Shown: one piece after another, positions 1 to 13,398 of the stretch
Layout: the number at the start of each line of letters is the position of its first letter
How positions within the stretch are numbered: the stretch's first letter is position 1
Source: Marsupella aquatica
Lineage: Eukaryota > Plantae > Marchantiophyta
Assembly (NCBI GenBank): GCA_973895155.1
Contig: OZ316895.1
Coordinates: forward strand, 23,648,181 to 23,706,180
Length of the DNA: 58,000 nucleotides
Direction of reading: 5' to 3'
Translations under genes and position numbers: made by a program
The notes under the pieces: model-generated
Seen by the model: only the letters and a program-made list of their open reading frames with translations
Databases searched by the model: none
What the model was told of the DNA's origin: nothing

Positions 1-909
1 ATCACTCTTAGGGCAAGGGGCAGGGAGTATGATACCTCCCTTTGACACCCCCCCCAAATTTTATTTTTTTAAATTAAAAAATTGCCATATGCCAAGGTGT
101 ACAGAGTATATTAAATGTATGAGGTTTGACTTTAGAACCAATGAGAATGCCTTGGAATGTTGGAATGTTACTATACAGGGGTAGTGGGTACCCCTGGAAT
201 GGGAGTGTGAGGGAAATCATACTCCTTGATATAGTAATTTGTTTTTTTCCTTTGATATAGTATACCTCTCTGTCCCTTTGTATAATCTTATTGGCTTAAA
301 CATTCTGACACACATCTGTGCTCCTCACTCACAGCCCAATGGAACCTTAGCTAGAGTCAACTTGCATGTGGATGGCCCAATGTTTCAGGCGAAATGTTTG
401 GACAAAATCAGATCTCATTTTAGAATAGTATCTGCTCAAGTGCAAAGTCTCTGTTTTTGGGTTTTATTCTTAATTAATCGGTGGAGACCAGCCATTTTTT
501 TCTTGTGTTAAAAATTAGCCGAGGTGGCTACTATTTTACCCTAGAGACACTTACAGGTTTGGTTCAGGATTTTTTTAAAAATAAATTATAGAGTACTTTC
601 TGACTATTATATAGTATACTCCCCCATAGTACATGTGGTGGTGGCAAATGAAACATAATTTTTTCAGTTTCAGTCCAAGTATCATTAGCTTGTCTGTTTT
701 CTAGGTAAGTGGTAAGTGATTGGCTAATTTTCACCCACAAAAGATGGTTGCTTGGGACTTTGCCCTTGGAAGTCCATAATCTGGCACAGGAGAGGGTTAA
801 AGGCATAATTATGAATTGCGGTCAATCAAATGCGCCAGGAGTCCAACTGAGGGCCACATATTTTTCAGGACTAGTCCATGCAAGTTGGGCCATACAATCT
901 TTGTAATGT

Positions 910-972
910 TAAGTGCTACTCAGGTAGCACTATTTTTTTGTAAGTGCTACTCAGGTAGCACTATTTGTTTGT
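910..972. repeat. Two tandem 31-bp units, each containing the hairpin AGTGCTAC-TCAG-GTAGCACT
   Basis: taagtgctactcaggtagcactattt read at 910 and 941. Confidence 0.85.
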
Positions 973-998
973 AGCCCAAGCCCATTCAGTCTGCACGG

Positions 999-1184
999 GA
1001 GTCTGCAACTAAATATGAGCCCTCTAGAATGAGAGCTACTGGTAAAACCACCACTGGCCAGAGTCTGCAACTAAATATGAGCCCTCTAGAATGAGAGCTA
1101 CTGGTAAAACCACCACTGGCCAGAGTCTGCAACTAAATATGAGCCCTCTATAATGAGAGCTACTGGTAGAACCACCACTGGCCA
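999..1184. repeat. 62-bp tandem repeat, 3 copies, upstream of the LecRK
   Basis: gagtctgcaactaaatatgagccctct...ccaccactggcca starts at 999, 1061 and 1123; a further ~51-bp duplication follows at ~1181-1280. Confidence 0.9.
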
Positions 1185-1686
1185 TATGAAAGAGGAGTGT
1201 CCAAAATTTCTCATTTTTTCACATCTTTATCCGCCATGTAAACGAGGAGTATCCAAAATTTCTCATTTTTCACATCTTTTTCCTCTACCCGTGACACTTT
1301 GCTAAATTTGCTCCACAATTTTGAGAAAAAATACTAAAAATGGTGAAATCAGTGACGTTTTTGTCTTGGCTAGTGGCTTTTGTTTTGGCTAGTGGCGGTT
1401 TAAGAGCCATTACATCTGGAAATGAGTCGTGCGTGATAATTGCTGTAAATCGATACAGTTCAATTGTGTACAGGATCGAAGAAGTAGAGACTATCTGGAA
1501 GTCTCTAGCATGTATCTCATTTGCATCACTTGGTCCTTTGAAGAATCATGCAAGGACCATCCGCATTGCCAGCTAACGAACTTAGCTGCCAATGTACGAA
1601 AGCGCGACCGAGCCTGGTCACTGCTCGATTGTTGGGTTTCCAGATCTTTGTTATTGTTAACGAGGATTGTTCGGTTTTCCAACATA

Positions 1687-3916
1687 ATGGACAGGGAAGC
1701 ACCAGTCAGCCGACGATTTCCAGTGGGCAGTACTAGGGAAGACGGGAGGGAAGATGGTGATCATGCATCCAAGACTCTCGAGTCACTTGTACCAGATTCG
1801 GCTATGCTCCAGCCACTCATCGTGAAGAAACTTTCCTGGAACAAGGTCTGCATCGCGTGGTTTTATGCTATGACTTCTTTGAGAGCAATTTCTGCGCAAG
1901 ACTTCAGATTCAGTGTGCCAAGCACCTCATACAATTGTTCATCCAACATGATCTGCCTTGGGGAAGCCCACGTATACAATGGTTCACAGTTTATTAACAG
2001 CAGAATACAGGTCGGCCGGTTGTCTCTAGTACAGGAACCGAGCCAACCACAATCTGCCGGACTTGCATACTACAACCAGCCAGTCAAATTGATGGACATG
2101 TCGACCCGCCAATCAGTGTCCTTCAACGCTAGCTTCACCATAGATATGGTACACGGGCCTGAAAACGCAAATACTTCCTCAGCTGACGGGATGACCTTCG
2201 TGATCAGTGCTGACAATTCAACGCTTGGTAGTGCAGGAGCTTACTTAGGATTTTTCGATGCACTTGCTGATGGGACGACAGCCTTCAAATCCATTGTAGT
2301 CGAGTTCGACAATGTCTGGAACTCAGATAGCCCGTTTGGTGACATAAATGGCAATCATGTAAGCTTCGACTTCATGAATATTACATACGCGGCTGCTGCA
2401 AATGCCTCGAACGCGGGCGTGGATCTGAGGCAAGAGGTCACAGTATATGCTTGGGTGGAGTATAGCAGCGAGACAAAGAAACTTGAGGTGAGAATTAGCA
2501 AAAATAACCGCAGGCCTATCCGCTCACTGATGAGCCATACAGTGGATCTTTTTGATGTTGTCGAGGAATACATGTGGGTGGGCTTCTCGAGTGGAACCGG
2601 TAATTACACTAGCAACTTCTTCATCGGAGATTGGACCTTTGAATCTTACTGGTCCAGGACAAAAGCAGATGGAAGTAAGCAATCAGATGGAAGTAAGCAT
2701 GGCATTCATTGGGAAATCTCTGTGGGCATTCCTATTGTTCTTCTAGCTGCAATTATCGTCATCGCTCTCTATATGTGGAAAAGATCTGCTAGTAGAGGCC
2801 AGCTAAGCTGCCAGACCACATCGATCGAAGACAATAACGATGGTCGGACAAAAACCTAGGCAATTTAGCTACAAAGAGCTGCGTGTGGCCACCGGAGGCT
2901 TCAATGACGAGTCAAAACTAGGGGAAGGAGGGTTCGGGAGTGTGCATCGCGGAGTATTATCGTCATCTGGAACTCCAGTGGCAGTGAAGAAAATCAGTAG
3001 TAAGTCCACCCAAGGTGAGAGAGAGTTCAAGTCGGAAGTATTTATCATCAGTCAGCTAAGACATAGGAATCTGATCCAAATCCTTGGGTGGTGCAAAGAT
3101 AGGGCCAAAAAGAAATATTTGCTTGTTTACGAGCTAATGCCCAATGGGAGTCTAGACAAGGCATTGTTTAGGCCTCCGGCTGAAGGCCCAACGGCTTGCT
3201 TGTCGTGGAAGCATAGGTTCAACATCGTGGCTGGAATTGCGGCTGCTTTGGACTATTTACACCAGGGATGGAACCAGCAAATTATACATAGGGATGTCAA
3301 GGCCAGCAACATCATGTTGACCGAGGAGTGGAATGCAAAGTTGGGAGATTTTGGTCTTGCTCGTTTGGTCGATCATCAAAAGGAACCAGTCTCAACTATG
3401 ATGGCGGGAACCTACGGTTATATCGCCCCAGAAGTAGCCACGACTGGGAAGTTCACAACTAAAACAGATGTTTTTGCATTTGGTGCAGTCGTCTTAGAGG
3501 TTGCATGCGGACGGAAAGCATTGTCTGTCAATCTCCCAGAAGACGAAATCATTCTTGTGGATTGGGTATGGCATCATCTGAGTGTGGGTGACCTGATGAG
3601 TACAGTGGATAAACGACTCGGCGAAGACTATGATTCCGAGTGGATGGAAGTCCTGTTGATCATTGGATTACTCTGCTCTCATCCAAGCCCTCTGGCTCGA
3701 CCTTCTATGGGGCATGTTGTCCAAGTGCTTGCTGGAGATGCTCCGGTCCCTTCAATCCCAGCCTCCAAGCCGTTTTCTGGAAGTGCATGTGATGAATACA
3801 CTAGCACAAGTTCCGAATCTCACTTAGGGTCGACGTCATCAGTATCTACAGGCACATCTGTCGCAGCACAATGGTCCACAGTACAGTCGTTTGAGACTTC
3901 TTCGAGTTCCAACTGA
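1687..3916 (+). pseudogene. L-type (legume) lectin receptor-like kinase split by a frameshift between the TM segment and the kinase (pseudogene or sequencing error)
   Basis: Lectin motifs (ADGMTFVI, VVEFDNV, DINGNHVSFD, AWVEYSS, YMWVGFSSGTG) and a TM helix (ISVGIPIVLLAAIIVIALYMW) in ORF 1429-2859. Complete kinase (PRQFSYKEL, GEGGFG, VAVKK, HRDVKASN, DFG, GTYGYIAPE) in ORF 2840-3916 in a different frame. Start is ATG 1687 or the signal-peptide-like ATG 1804. Confidence 0.9.
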
Positions 3917-5499
3917 CAGTAAAGATAGAGTTGGCATCACTGACTACCTCGAACCGCCATTTAGTCTCAATCAATACTAGCTAGGTCTGACATGACTTTC
4001 TGCATTTTAGTTACTGGCTCAGGTCAATTCAAGACCCAGAGTCTTGGGTTAGAGTGAGCCCAGTTAGAGAAGGCTATCAAGGACGAGTTGGCTCTTATAA
4101 GGACCTGGTTGGTGCTATAATACGTGGTTTGATGGTCTCTGCCCTCAAATCTCCAAAACAATTGGAGCATCGAGTCCTTTTATCACTTGACGGAAATTCT
4201 CAAGTTTTAAGGTCGAGAGTTGATGGCCAGCCGTGCCATTCACTCTCTCTCAAGGAGCCATACATAAGTAGTGACGGGGTGAGGGCACGGGTGAGGGATG
4301 ATGAAAGAGCGTCCTAATCTGTGTGATCCCAAGTTTTGAAGGCAAGCAGTCTACAGTAAGCTGAATGTATGTTGAAGACAATCCGTGCAACTCCTGACAT
4401 ACAATTCTTTTAGTGACTGCCGTGAGAAGGAAGTCCTAGCAACTACAGTACCTGAACTTTTGAATGCAAAAGAAGTTGTAGAGATATTTTAACTGTCTTT
4501 CTACTGTAGCTTAGTTCGAACTTCTTGAAGTATTTGGTGTATTAATCTAGCTTTGTTCCGAACTGAGACTGACTAAGTTGCCAATTCAACTTTATTGTTC
4601 CAGTCGTCAAATGTACAATGGCTTTCAACATTGATTGGTCTCGCAGTAATTAAGTAGTGATAGAATTATTGCGATTTCAGATGTTTTTAGTCTACACACT
4701 TATACCCTGTATATGCAAGAGCGTCCCTTCCCGTGTTGCTTACGGGCAAGGGTGTCACTGTAAGTTGGCACCCTCATCATGCTCTTTCGGACGAACAAGA
4801 TTTCCTGTATGTTGGCACCCCGCATCACGATGTTTTAATTTGGGAGAACAAGATTGCTAATTCGCTAATATTTAGTAATGAATAGCACATGATCAATCGT
4901 GTGATGACGTGCATGGTACATAAAAACTGTTGCACCGGCTTAAGATGAAAGTCTTAAGTTTTGTCACTTGTGATGGTCTGGGATGGAAGCAACTAAGGAA
5001 GGCCCCCAAACGGCTTGCATGCTGACCAGATGTTCAATTCTTTCTGGTGAATGCACCTTTCTGGTAGGTGCACATGAACATAGTGCATTTGTGTTATGTG
5101 GCAATTATCAGCAGGTTGAACATAATTATTTCATACCAGGCATGATAAACCCAATTGTTCTTATTTACTCCGTGAATGTTGTTCCTTCACATATATATCT
5201 GGTTGTGGCTTTTTGATGTGCATGTATGGTGCCCGGTGCATGTTTTTGGGAAGTGAGAGCCCTAAGGAGTCAAAAGCCCACCAGAGATGGAGGGCATTCA
5301 TTTGAAGCTTGGAAGGGAAGGCAATATATAGCGGTCGGGGAGATCAAGGATGAGAAGGCTGTGTATGGTTATTCAAAATGGATCCAATGGGTATTTGTGA
5401 ATGTCATGGTTTTTGTTTTTTTGGATGTTTGAAAGGACAAGAATTAAGGAAAACAATGACTCAGGCTTCTTGAGATAGAAATGTGACCAAAACGTTCCA

Positions 5500-5700
5500 A
5501 AGTTGCGGAACTGAGCAAGTACTTTAACACTTAGCTCCGGCATTGATCGCTGACTCCGACACCAAGCTCCTCTATGGTCCAAGCCCTCGGAACAACCATC
5601 CAATGGGAACTAAATAATTATGGGGAGACTAGTGGACAACGAGGCGTTGCACTAGCAAAGACAAGATGCTAAGTTGATGATGCACACTAAGGCCTTAGTC
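5500..5700. repeat. Dispersed ~200-bp repeat (also ~18430-18625 and ~43910-44100), possibly LTR-derived
   Basis: Shared blocks taaca(c/t)ttagctc, gctgact(c/t)cgac(a/g)cc(a/g)agctc and atggggagact(a/t)gtgg at all three places. Confidence 0.7.
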
Positions 5701-7793
5701 CCCACCGAATGGCCGTTCACCCCATCTGGCCATCCGTTGGGGCCGTTTGAGAAGGCCTGGGGCCATAGATGTGGTTCTGGTGTCGCGAGGACTAGAAGTT
5801 AGGGGCTCCTTGGGTAAACTGCGCGTTTCTGGCTGCAACTCCCTACCTCCAATCTGTATGGTAATAGGTCGATGCAAAAGTTTTCATGTACCGTCATTAC
5901 ACGATTCATCATGTGTTATTTATTATTGAGTCTTAGAGATCACGTACAAACAAGAATCGATCACGTACAAACAAGAATTAATAGAGTTTTATAATTGCAT
6001 TTCAAAGAAAATCAGTAATTTAGATGGAAGCACATTCAACATGGGCCAATTCAAATTTAAGAATGATAGGGTATGCTTATGAGGCAATTCTTCCATCATG
6101 GAAGTAGTAGTCTAGAAGATTAGGACGTGTTTTCACTCTCTATCAGACATGCATGGATGTGTCATCGTAGTTTGGGCCGCAGGAAATTGGACCGGAGGAA
6201 ACATAAAGGGGGTAGGAGGAGGTGGTAAGGTGTTGTTTTTGGACCGGAAGAAACATAAAGGGGGTAGGAGGAGGTGGTAAGGTGTGTTTTTGTGGACTTT
6301 GACTAATAAGTACCCTCAAAATAACTCTCATAGTAAGTTGGGTTTTGTAAATACCATTGGATCCTGTTTCATTTCGTGATTTTTATTGTTTGGTAGGTAC
6401 TACCCTAATTAATGCACCATTGGATTTGAGACCCTAATTAATCTCCCACTCAGATTAAACTCTTTGGTCACTGCTCAAAGTTTGTTGTCAGGCTCTGTCA
6501 CACCTTGGAGCTCTTTGGTCACAACTCTATCTCCAAAAGACCAATGAGCCACTATTTTTGTCTTGTCCTCTCCAAAATGTTACAAAACTGAAACCACAGA
6601 CTACATTTGTACAGTTGGATCCATTTCAAATGGTCCTACGTGGCCTTCGCATATGTAGTTGTGGTTCCATATAATGTAGGATAAGCAACAGGTTAGATTG
6701 AAAGTGCCCTAAACTCTTGTCTTTAAGTGAACAACAACAGTTTCTCCTCGATGGAGGGCCCCAATCACATCTTGGCCAGAGACCAGAAAAAAGTTGCAAC
6801 TAGAAGCTAGAGTTGGGGTCTAGGCTTCTAGAGTGAAGCCACCATGACTCTAGGGCCCCACCAGATGTATGTGAATGGGAAGAACCATGGGGTGTCATGT
6901 ATGTAAAAAGATAATCATGCATATTAATATTCAAAAAATGGGCATTCAGGCTCCTGTCTTGTAAAGCCAGCCTAATAGGTACTCTCTCTTTTCTAAGAAC
7001 GGGATATATGCTTTAGGGTCAGAGAAATCATGATGCAATCTCAACAGGATTCATTGGACTCTTTGAGGAAAGCATAAGGTAAGGGCGGAGTTTTGAATGG
7101 AATGAAAGGAGCCAATAAAGAATTGAACAATGAAAGGAAAGATGGATGTCACTCACTCAGTCTCTTCGAAACAAGCTGTTGTGTATCTATGAATTCGTCT
7201 TTGAATTTTCATTTGGACACCTTAAGGAGGTTGACAATTACAACTTTAGCAATTCAATAGAGCTCTTACTAACACTATGTGTGATCAATCTATTCGCCAG
7301 GGTTGACATGTTCCTAGTAGTGCAATGTCATCCAAGTTCTGGTCAGAGCATGATCATTCTTCAAACTTTTCCAAAGATGTGGGAAGCTGTTCATGGCAAC
7401 AAAACTTGAGGCATTAACAAGGAGTTTCTTTTCCCTCCATCATCATGGTGCTCTTCACCTGAATGCTTGATCTCTCCCCTTTGAACTTTCATTCACTGAG
7501 GATTTAAATGTTTCTATATTGGAGTGTGAATTTACTCAGGGCCAGTTAACTACAACTGCACCTATAAAGAGCCATGGAGCTTCTGATGGCTAAATTTTGA
7601 TTCTAGATCTTTCTATAGTTAAGTTGGTGGACTTTCATCGTTTAACGAAAAGAGTTGCATTCTACCGTAGTAATGAAAATAAAAAGTCTGCCATCCTATA
7701 TAATGAAGTAACTTTACACAAAAGTATGGCAATGTAACCAATCTCAACTGTGAAGGATGTTCCATCAATTAAGGCCAGCCTCCAAACTTGAGT

Positions 7794-9760
7794 AAAGATG
7801 ATGGGTGTTGTTTGTGGTGAGGCGTCAATCACCAAAATGGGGTACACATTCCCTCAATTATGGCAATCTTCACCTGTCAGCCAATCTACTGTCTCAGGGA
7901 TCATATTGATCTCCAACTTGCTGTAAAACTTGTTGCACGATTACTGTTCAAGCTCAGTCACCATCATGATCCTGTTGCTTGAAGTGGTCTCTTGAGCTCT
8001 AACTTTAATGGATTTGAATCGCTGGTGATCTCTTCCGCTCAGAAAACTATATAGCCGTGGTGTTAACGGTAGGCTGGAATGGTGAATCACAAATTCCCCG
8101 CCTCTGATATTCCCACAAATTGGAGATGAAGGAATGGAGGAATGCCTTTGAATATGGTGCCCTTCATATCTTGCTCGATCTTCAAAGAATTAAGCACTAA
8201 GTGAGGATCATATTCAAGGAATGGAGGAATGCCTCATTGTCAATCTATAGAATGATCTACTTTGTAAAGATGATGGGTGTTGTTTGTGGTGAGGCGTCAA
8301 TCACCAAAATGGGGTACATTTTCCCTCAATTATGGTGATCTTCACCTGTCAAGCAATCTACTATCTCAGGGATCATATTGATCTCCAACTTGCTGTAAAA
8401 CTTGCTGCACAATTACTGTTCAAGCTCAGTCACCATCATGATCCTGATGCTTGAAGTGGTCTCTTGAGCCCCAACTTTAACGGATTTGAATTGCTGGTGA
8501 TCTCTTCCGCTCAAAAAACTACATAGCCGTGGTGTTAACGGTAGGCTGGAATGGTGAATCACAAATTCTCCGCCTCTGATATTCCCACAAATTGGAGATG
8601 AAGGAATGGAGGAATGCCTTTGAATATGGTGCCCTTCATATCTTGCTCGATCTTCAAAGAATTAAGCACTAAGTGAGGATTATATTCAAGGAATGGAGGA
8701 ATGCCTCATTGTCAATCTATAGAATGATCTACTTTGTAAAGATGATGGGTGTTGTTGGCGGTGAGGCCTGAATCATGAAAATGGGGGTATCTATTCTTTC
8801 ATTGCTGGCCATCTTCACTTGTCATTGTGAAATTCTAGTGTCCCAGTGAGGGGGATCACTTTTCCCTAACCTCAAACTTGCTGTTAGAATTGTTGCACAA
8901 TTTCGATCAAAAAGTTGTGAATGACCAAAACATGACAGAGTTTCATGGGATCACATTTTCCTCTATATTGCATCGAAGACAGTTCATTAATTTTGAGCGT
9001 CGCATGAAGATCATGGGTGTTCTTGACAGCAAGGCCAGAATCACCAAAATATACTATAGTTCCAGACCTTGGATGATGTCGATTCTGACTGTTCCATCAA
9101 CCATTGGCCAAAGATCACAGTATCTGATATTGTGATTAAGTCATATGTACTATGTCACACCAAGATCACCCTCTGCAGGAAAGAATCAGTGATTGTGCCC
9201 CTTCACGTCTTCTTTGATCTTCCACTATCATCTTACACTGAGTAAGGATCATATGCAAGCCTGAATGGATCAATGTCAATCCCTATAATCAGTATCTATT
9301 TTATAAAGATGATGGGTGTTGTTGTCGATGAGGCCTGAGTCATCAGAACGGGGGATCCATTCCTTCACTCATGGCGATCTTCACTTCTCAATGTGAAACT
9401 CCAGTGTCCCAAGGATCACATCTCTCCCCATTGACCTCCAACTTGCTGTCAGATTAATTTGTCAGTTGCACAATTTTGATCCAGATTCAATTTTTGCGTG
9501 TAGTGGCTTGGAGTGGTCTCTTACGTTATGGTTTTGAAAGAGCTTCACTCGAAGTGATCTCTTACGCTCAGAAAACGAATTTTGTTTGTCTTCCTAACAG
9601 CAGTCTGGAATGGTCAATCTAGATTTTCCCGCCTCTGCTCAGTTTAAAATTCTTGGAGATGAAGGAATTATGGCGGAAATCAATGTCTCAATGATGATCC
9701 ATAGAATGATCTGACTAGCTACTTGGTAAAGATGTTGGGTATTGTTGACCAATTGTGCTG
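7794..9760. repeat. Degenerate tandem array with units up to 472 bp and longer, each starting aaagatgatgggtgttg
   Basis: Unit starts at 7794, 8266, 8738, ~9006, 9305 and 9728; units 1 and 2 are nearly identical. Confidence 0.85.
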
Positions 9761-10431
9761 CATTTAATTAACATTTTTGAGTGAGGATCATCCGCAATTT
9801 CCAGAGCTCGTCTTACGTGTTTGTTTCCTTCAATCTACTATTCTGGACAGCAAGACATTGATATCATGTTCAGCGCTGAAGTCCCAGTAATGTTTGCTAT
9901 TGTCACCTACATAGTGATGTTGACTCTGGAGAAAATGCTTCGAGTCATAAGACAAGCTCTTCAGATCGATCTTATACTGAATGAAACACCGGCGCTCGAG
10001 ATGGTAGAAACTTTGGGAGTCGTGTCAGTCGCAATGTGGCTGTTCGTGCAATGATGACAATGTCGAGCTGTGAGCCCAATCGATGTGGCCAACCGACGTG
10101 CATCATCTGGTATCTGTAGGTCGAAGGGTCACTTCAATCCGTGGAGAAATTTTGGGGCATGACTGCTGGACAATCTTGTCTGCCGGGCGATGTTTGCAAT
10201 GTGACTGTTTGTACAGTCATGACGATCTCTAGCGGTGCGCTCAATCGATGTGCCCAAGCGATGTGCTTCATCTAGTATCACTTCAACCCGTGGAAAGATT
10301 TTTTGGGCATGACTACTGAGCAGTCGTATCTGTCCGAGCCATGTTCTTCAATGAAGCTGACTTCATCCATGAGGGTTGCATTTTGTTTAATCGATCCTAC
10401 TTGTTCTTCTACCTACTGTCAGAGGTTAGTA

Positions 10432-10950
10432 CACTCTACCGTGTCTAAGTGCACAGTGTATAACTGCATTCCATGGGTAACTGCAGGGTGGTTGTGTCGT
10501 CCCTCAATATTATAACAAATTACTTTGTAAATGCACCAAAAAATGCACTATTTGTAAGTGCAGGTTGTCCGTCACTAAAGGACAAATACATAAGGGCATT
10601 TTCTGTCTATAAGAGTATAGATGCATTAATGAATGACTGCAACACATATGATAAAAACATTTATTGATAAGTGCAGCAAACAACTACACATTGTAGTTTC
10701 CTGCACTTATTCAGTTCAATCCTGCACTATGAGTATTCTGGGTATGAGCGGGGGTATGAGAAGTCTATGTATATGACCTGACAAGACATTTGTGGAAGTG
10801 CATTATATAGTGATTTCATAGACACTTATTGGAAAGTGCAACAGACACATAAGGAGAAGTGCAACATGCACGTATGATGAAGTGCATACAGTGGATAAAT
10901 GCAGGCTTGGGGTGTCTTCCCGGGAGCCTGCACTTAGACACTGTAGACTG
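10432..10950. mobile_element. MITE with 22-bp TIRs and TA target-site duplication (Tc1/mariner-type)
   Basis: Left CACTCTACCGTGTCTAAGTGCA versus reverse complement of right end CAGTCTACAGTGTCTAAGTGCA (20/22), with TA on both sides; related copy at ~28363-28884, truncated copy at ~25557-25640. Confidence 0.8.
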
Positions 10951-11037
10951 TATCGAGATTGTTTTGAGAGGTCAAATGTGTTTTGTTATCTCTACAACAT
11001 TGAACTGAGTGTTCCCTCATCAATTGTAGCAAATGAT

Positions 11038-11170
11038 GATTGGGAAGTTCACAGATAAACATATGTTTTTGCATTTGGTGCAGTCTTCTTATCATAGGTT
11101 GCATGCACACAAAAAGCATAGTATATATGTCAAACTTCCAGAAGACTATCCTTGTGGATTGGGAATGGAT
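11038..11170 (+). pseudogene. Highly decayed LecRK kinase fragment (subdomain IX region)
   Basis: gggaagttcaca...tgtttttgcatttggtgcagtc...aggttgcatgc...ccagaagac...cttgtggattggg aligns to ~3443-3571 with indels. Confidence 0.75.
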
Positions 11171-11882
11171 TGGGAATGGCAATCTCCACTCAATAGGGTA
11201 TTAGTCTTCTCTGATTGTTTCCGAGATTGTTTCTTGTCTGTGTTTTTGTTCCTTGCTGTAAACATTGCTGTAAAAACATAAATTAAATTGATGGGGAAAT
11301 TTAAATTTAGAGAAAGGAGGGGCAAAGGCCTCCAAGAACCTGGATCTACTGGCAAAGTAACCCAAAGGGGGGGGGGGATTTAGGGTTTAGGGATCGTGAC
11401 AGCAATTTTTCAGCAAGTTTACAGATATTTAATTTCCCCATGAACACACGTACTAAATAAACTTCAATTGCCGTTCTTTTAAGCCTGTCTAAGACATTCT
11501 AGTTTACCTAAAACTCTTGGAAATCAAAATGGGGATCAAAATATCATTGGCATGCAGCATACAACATTTTATAGTGTCACTTGTTGTCTAAAGAAGTTTA
11601 AGTATGTAAAGGTTCTGAATTTTAACAAGGAAGAATGTACATTTGATAAATTGCATATGAGTTCACACTTGCAAAAATTGACTCAGTCAGTTTTGCAGCT
11701 TATTAACTTGGAGCTGCCAACAAGAGTAGTTGATGTGTACTCAATTATTTCCTCAAACAAAACCCCTTAACGTCCCCATGTACCCTAACCTAGTGCCCTA
11801 AACTCAAGCAGAACCACCTACCTTGAAAGTTGCCATTGTATCGCACTCTAATTGAACCTGGGCAATAATAGCCCCTCAAAAC

Positions 11883-12178
11883 CTCGAGGGTCTCACTATA
11901 TGGGGACCTCCCCATCGCCTGCGACGTTTTAGGCCTCGGACCCCCTAAAATGTAAGAAAAAAAATTTATTTTTTAACCCCTATAAAGTTAGAATATTCTT
12001 GGAATATTCTAAAAATTGGATAAAAAAGACCCTAATGTTCTTATAAGTCTCAAAATTGAACTTAAAAGACCCTATTGTTCTTCTACAAAAAATTTTAAGT
12101 ATTCCCTTAGAACCAATAAAATGACCCTATCCTTCGTCGCACGTGATATGCCATTTTTGTGGAAGTGAAACCCCCGAG
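11883..12178. mobile_element. 296-bp MITE with 14-bp TIRs and 8-bp TSD (hAT/P-type TSD length)
   Basis: TSD CTCAAAAC at 11875-11882 and 12179-12186; TIR ctcgagggtctcac versus reverse complement ctcgggggtttcac (12/14). Confidence 0.85.
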
Positions 12179-12942
12179 CTCAAAACTTGAACTAAAACCC
12201 CCATTGTGGGGGGCTGCAATGCTTTGTACCAGGGCCTTGCTTTATACTTAATTACCTCTGTTTGGCCTTACATAATCCATTTTGTTCACGGGTTGTCCCG
12301 TCCTTTGAGGCACTGACCAGGGCAGGTCACTCAACCCTGGAAATATCCCTCAACCGGGGTAATGTACGATCCCAGCCTCACCTAGTTCAGGTTTTGGTGA
12401 CTAAGTTTGTTTAAGGGAACAAGTCTTTGAATTGCATGACAGTATACTTCAATAAATACTTTCCAAACTATGTGTATCTTAAGTGAACAAGACCCCCTTA
12501 AGAATATGTGGCGACAAGGTTCCATTTGGATAAGGAGATCGATGTGGTGTACATAAGAGGGACAAGCCCTGAATGCCCATTCTGTAATTGAAAATAGAGT
12601 GATTGACAAAGATCAGCATGCATGATTATCATTTTGACATACCATACATCCCAATCAGTCTGCTCTCCATCAACATACATTTGGTGGGGCCCTAGAATTA
12701 CTGTCTAGAGGCTTCACTCTAGAAGCCTACTTAGACCCTAACTCTAGATTTTGTTTGCAAATTAGTAGTAAGATTGTATTTTTGAGGATGTGGCAAATCA
12801 AGCTTCCTAAGGAAAAACAATTGCCAATGACTTCTCTTGAGGGAAATTGAACCACTCCATGTGTCCACAATTGTTTTGGTGATGGTAGTCTCACCAAAAG
12901 CCAGCCGTCGCAACTTTTCTCTTTCCATGCTTTGGATTCTTT

Positions 12943-13206
12943 TCAATTGTTCAAACCCGCAAATCTTACAGAAGGCGGGTCGAAAATCTGCAACTTTCCG
13001 TCCAGCATTAAGACAACTTCCCGCATGTTGGGTCGGTCCTCAGGTGCTTCTTGAATACACCAAAATGCCACCTTCAGCGTCCTCTTCGCCTGCTCTTCAT
13101 CAAAGCTACCATTAAGCCTGGGATCTAAGAGTACACTCAAAGACGTACCCACAAAACCTCGTTCTGTCACTTCCCGAAGGCAGGTTGCCGGGATGGAAAT
13201 ATCCAT
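12943..13206 (-). pseudogene. C-terminal fragment of a different receptor-like kinase (subdomains X-XI, S-domain RLK-like)
   Basis: LLDPRLNGSFDEEQAKRTLKVAFWCIQEAPEDRPNMREVVLMLDG; no upstream catalytic subdomains found. Confidence 0.75.
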
Positions 13207-13398
13207 CCCCTGTTTCTTCTTTTTGCATCAAAGTGCCAGGTCCTAACTCAGATATTTGCTGGGCCTGTCCTTCCCATCCTGCAATGCGACTAGTCGCAAT
13301 ATGGGGCGGACCAGCTGGACGGCGCAGCTCTACCATCCGGTACTGCCGCGTCGACCAATGCATGCGCTGGAAGAGAGAGCTGCCAAACGAGGAGTACA

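Larger units (their letters stand above)
3232..10517 (+). repeat. Segmental duplication, copy 1 (copy 2 at 15751-~25640)
   Basis: tggaattgcggctgctttgga at 3232 and 15751; paired near-identical ORFs 4054/16573, 4983/17493, 7146/22017, 7662/22537 and 9821/24945. Confidence 0.95.

Noticed and set aside
999-1184. Regular repeats resembling a CRISPR array
   Set aside because: Whole units repeat with no unique spacers; eukaryotic context and no cas genes
1429-1686. N-terminal extension of the 476-aa ORF
   Set aside because: Begins at GTG; the first ATG is 1687 and the signal-like segment follows ATG 1804
4054-4317. 87-aa ORF identical in both duplicates
   Set aside because: Identity reflects recent duplication; GTG start, and disrupted in the third copy near 19300-19550
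7794-10020. Possible decayed ubiquitin-like domains (minus-strand VKIAMTEG; ctcgagatggtagaaactttg resembling LEDGRTL codons)
   Set aside because: Matches are short, need frameshifts and lie on opposite strands; not supportable without a profile search
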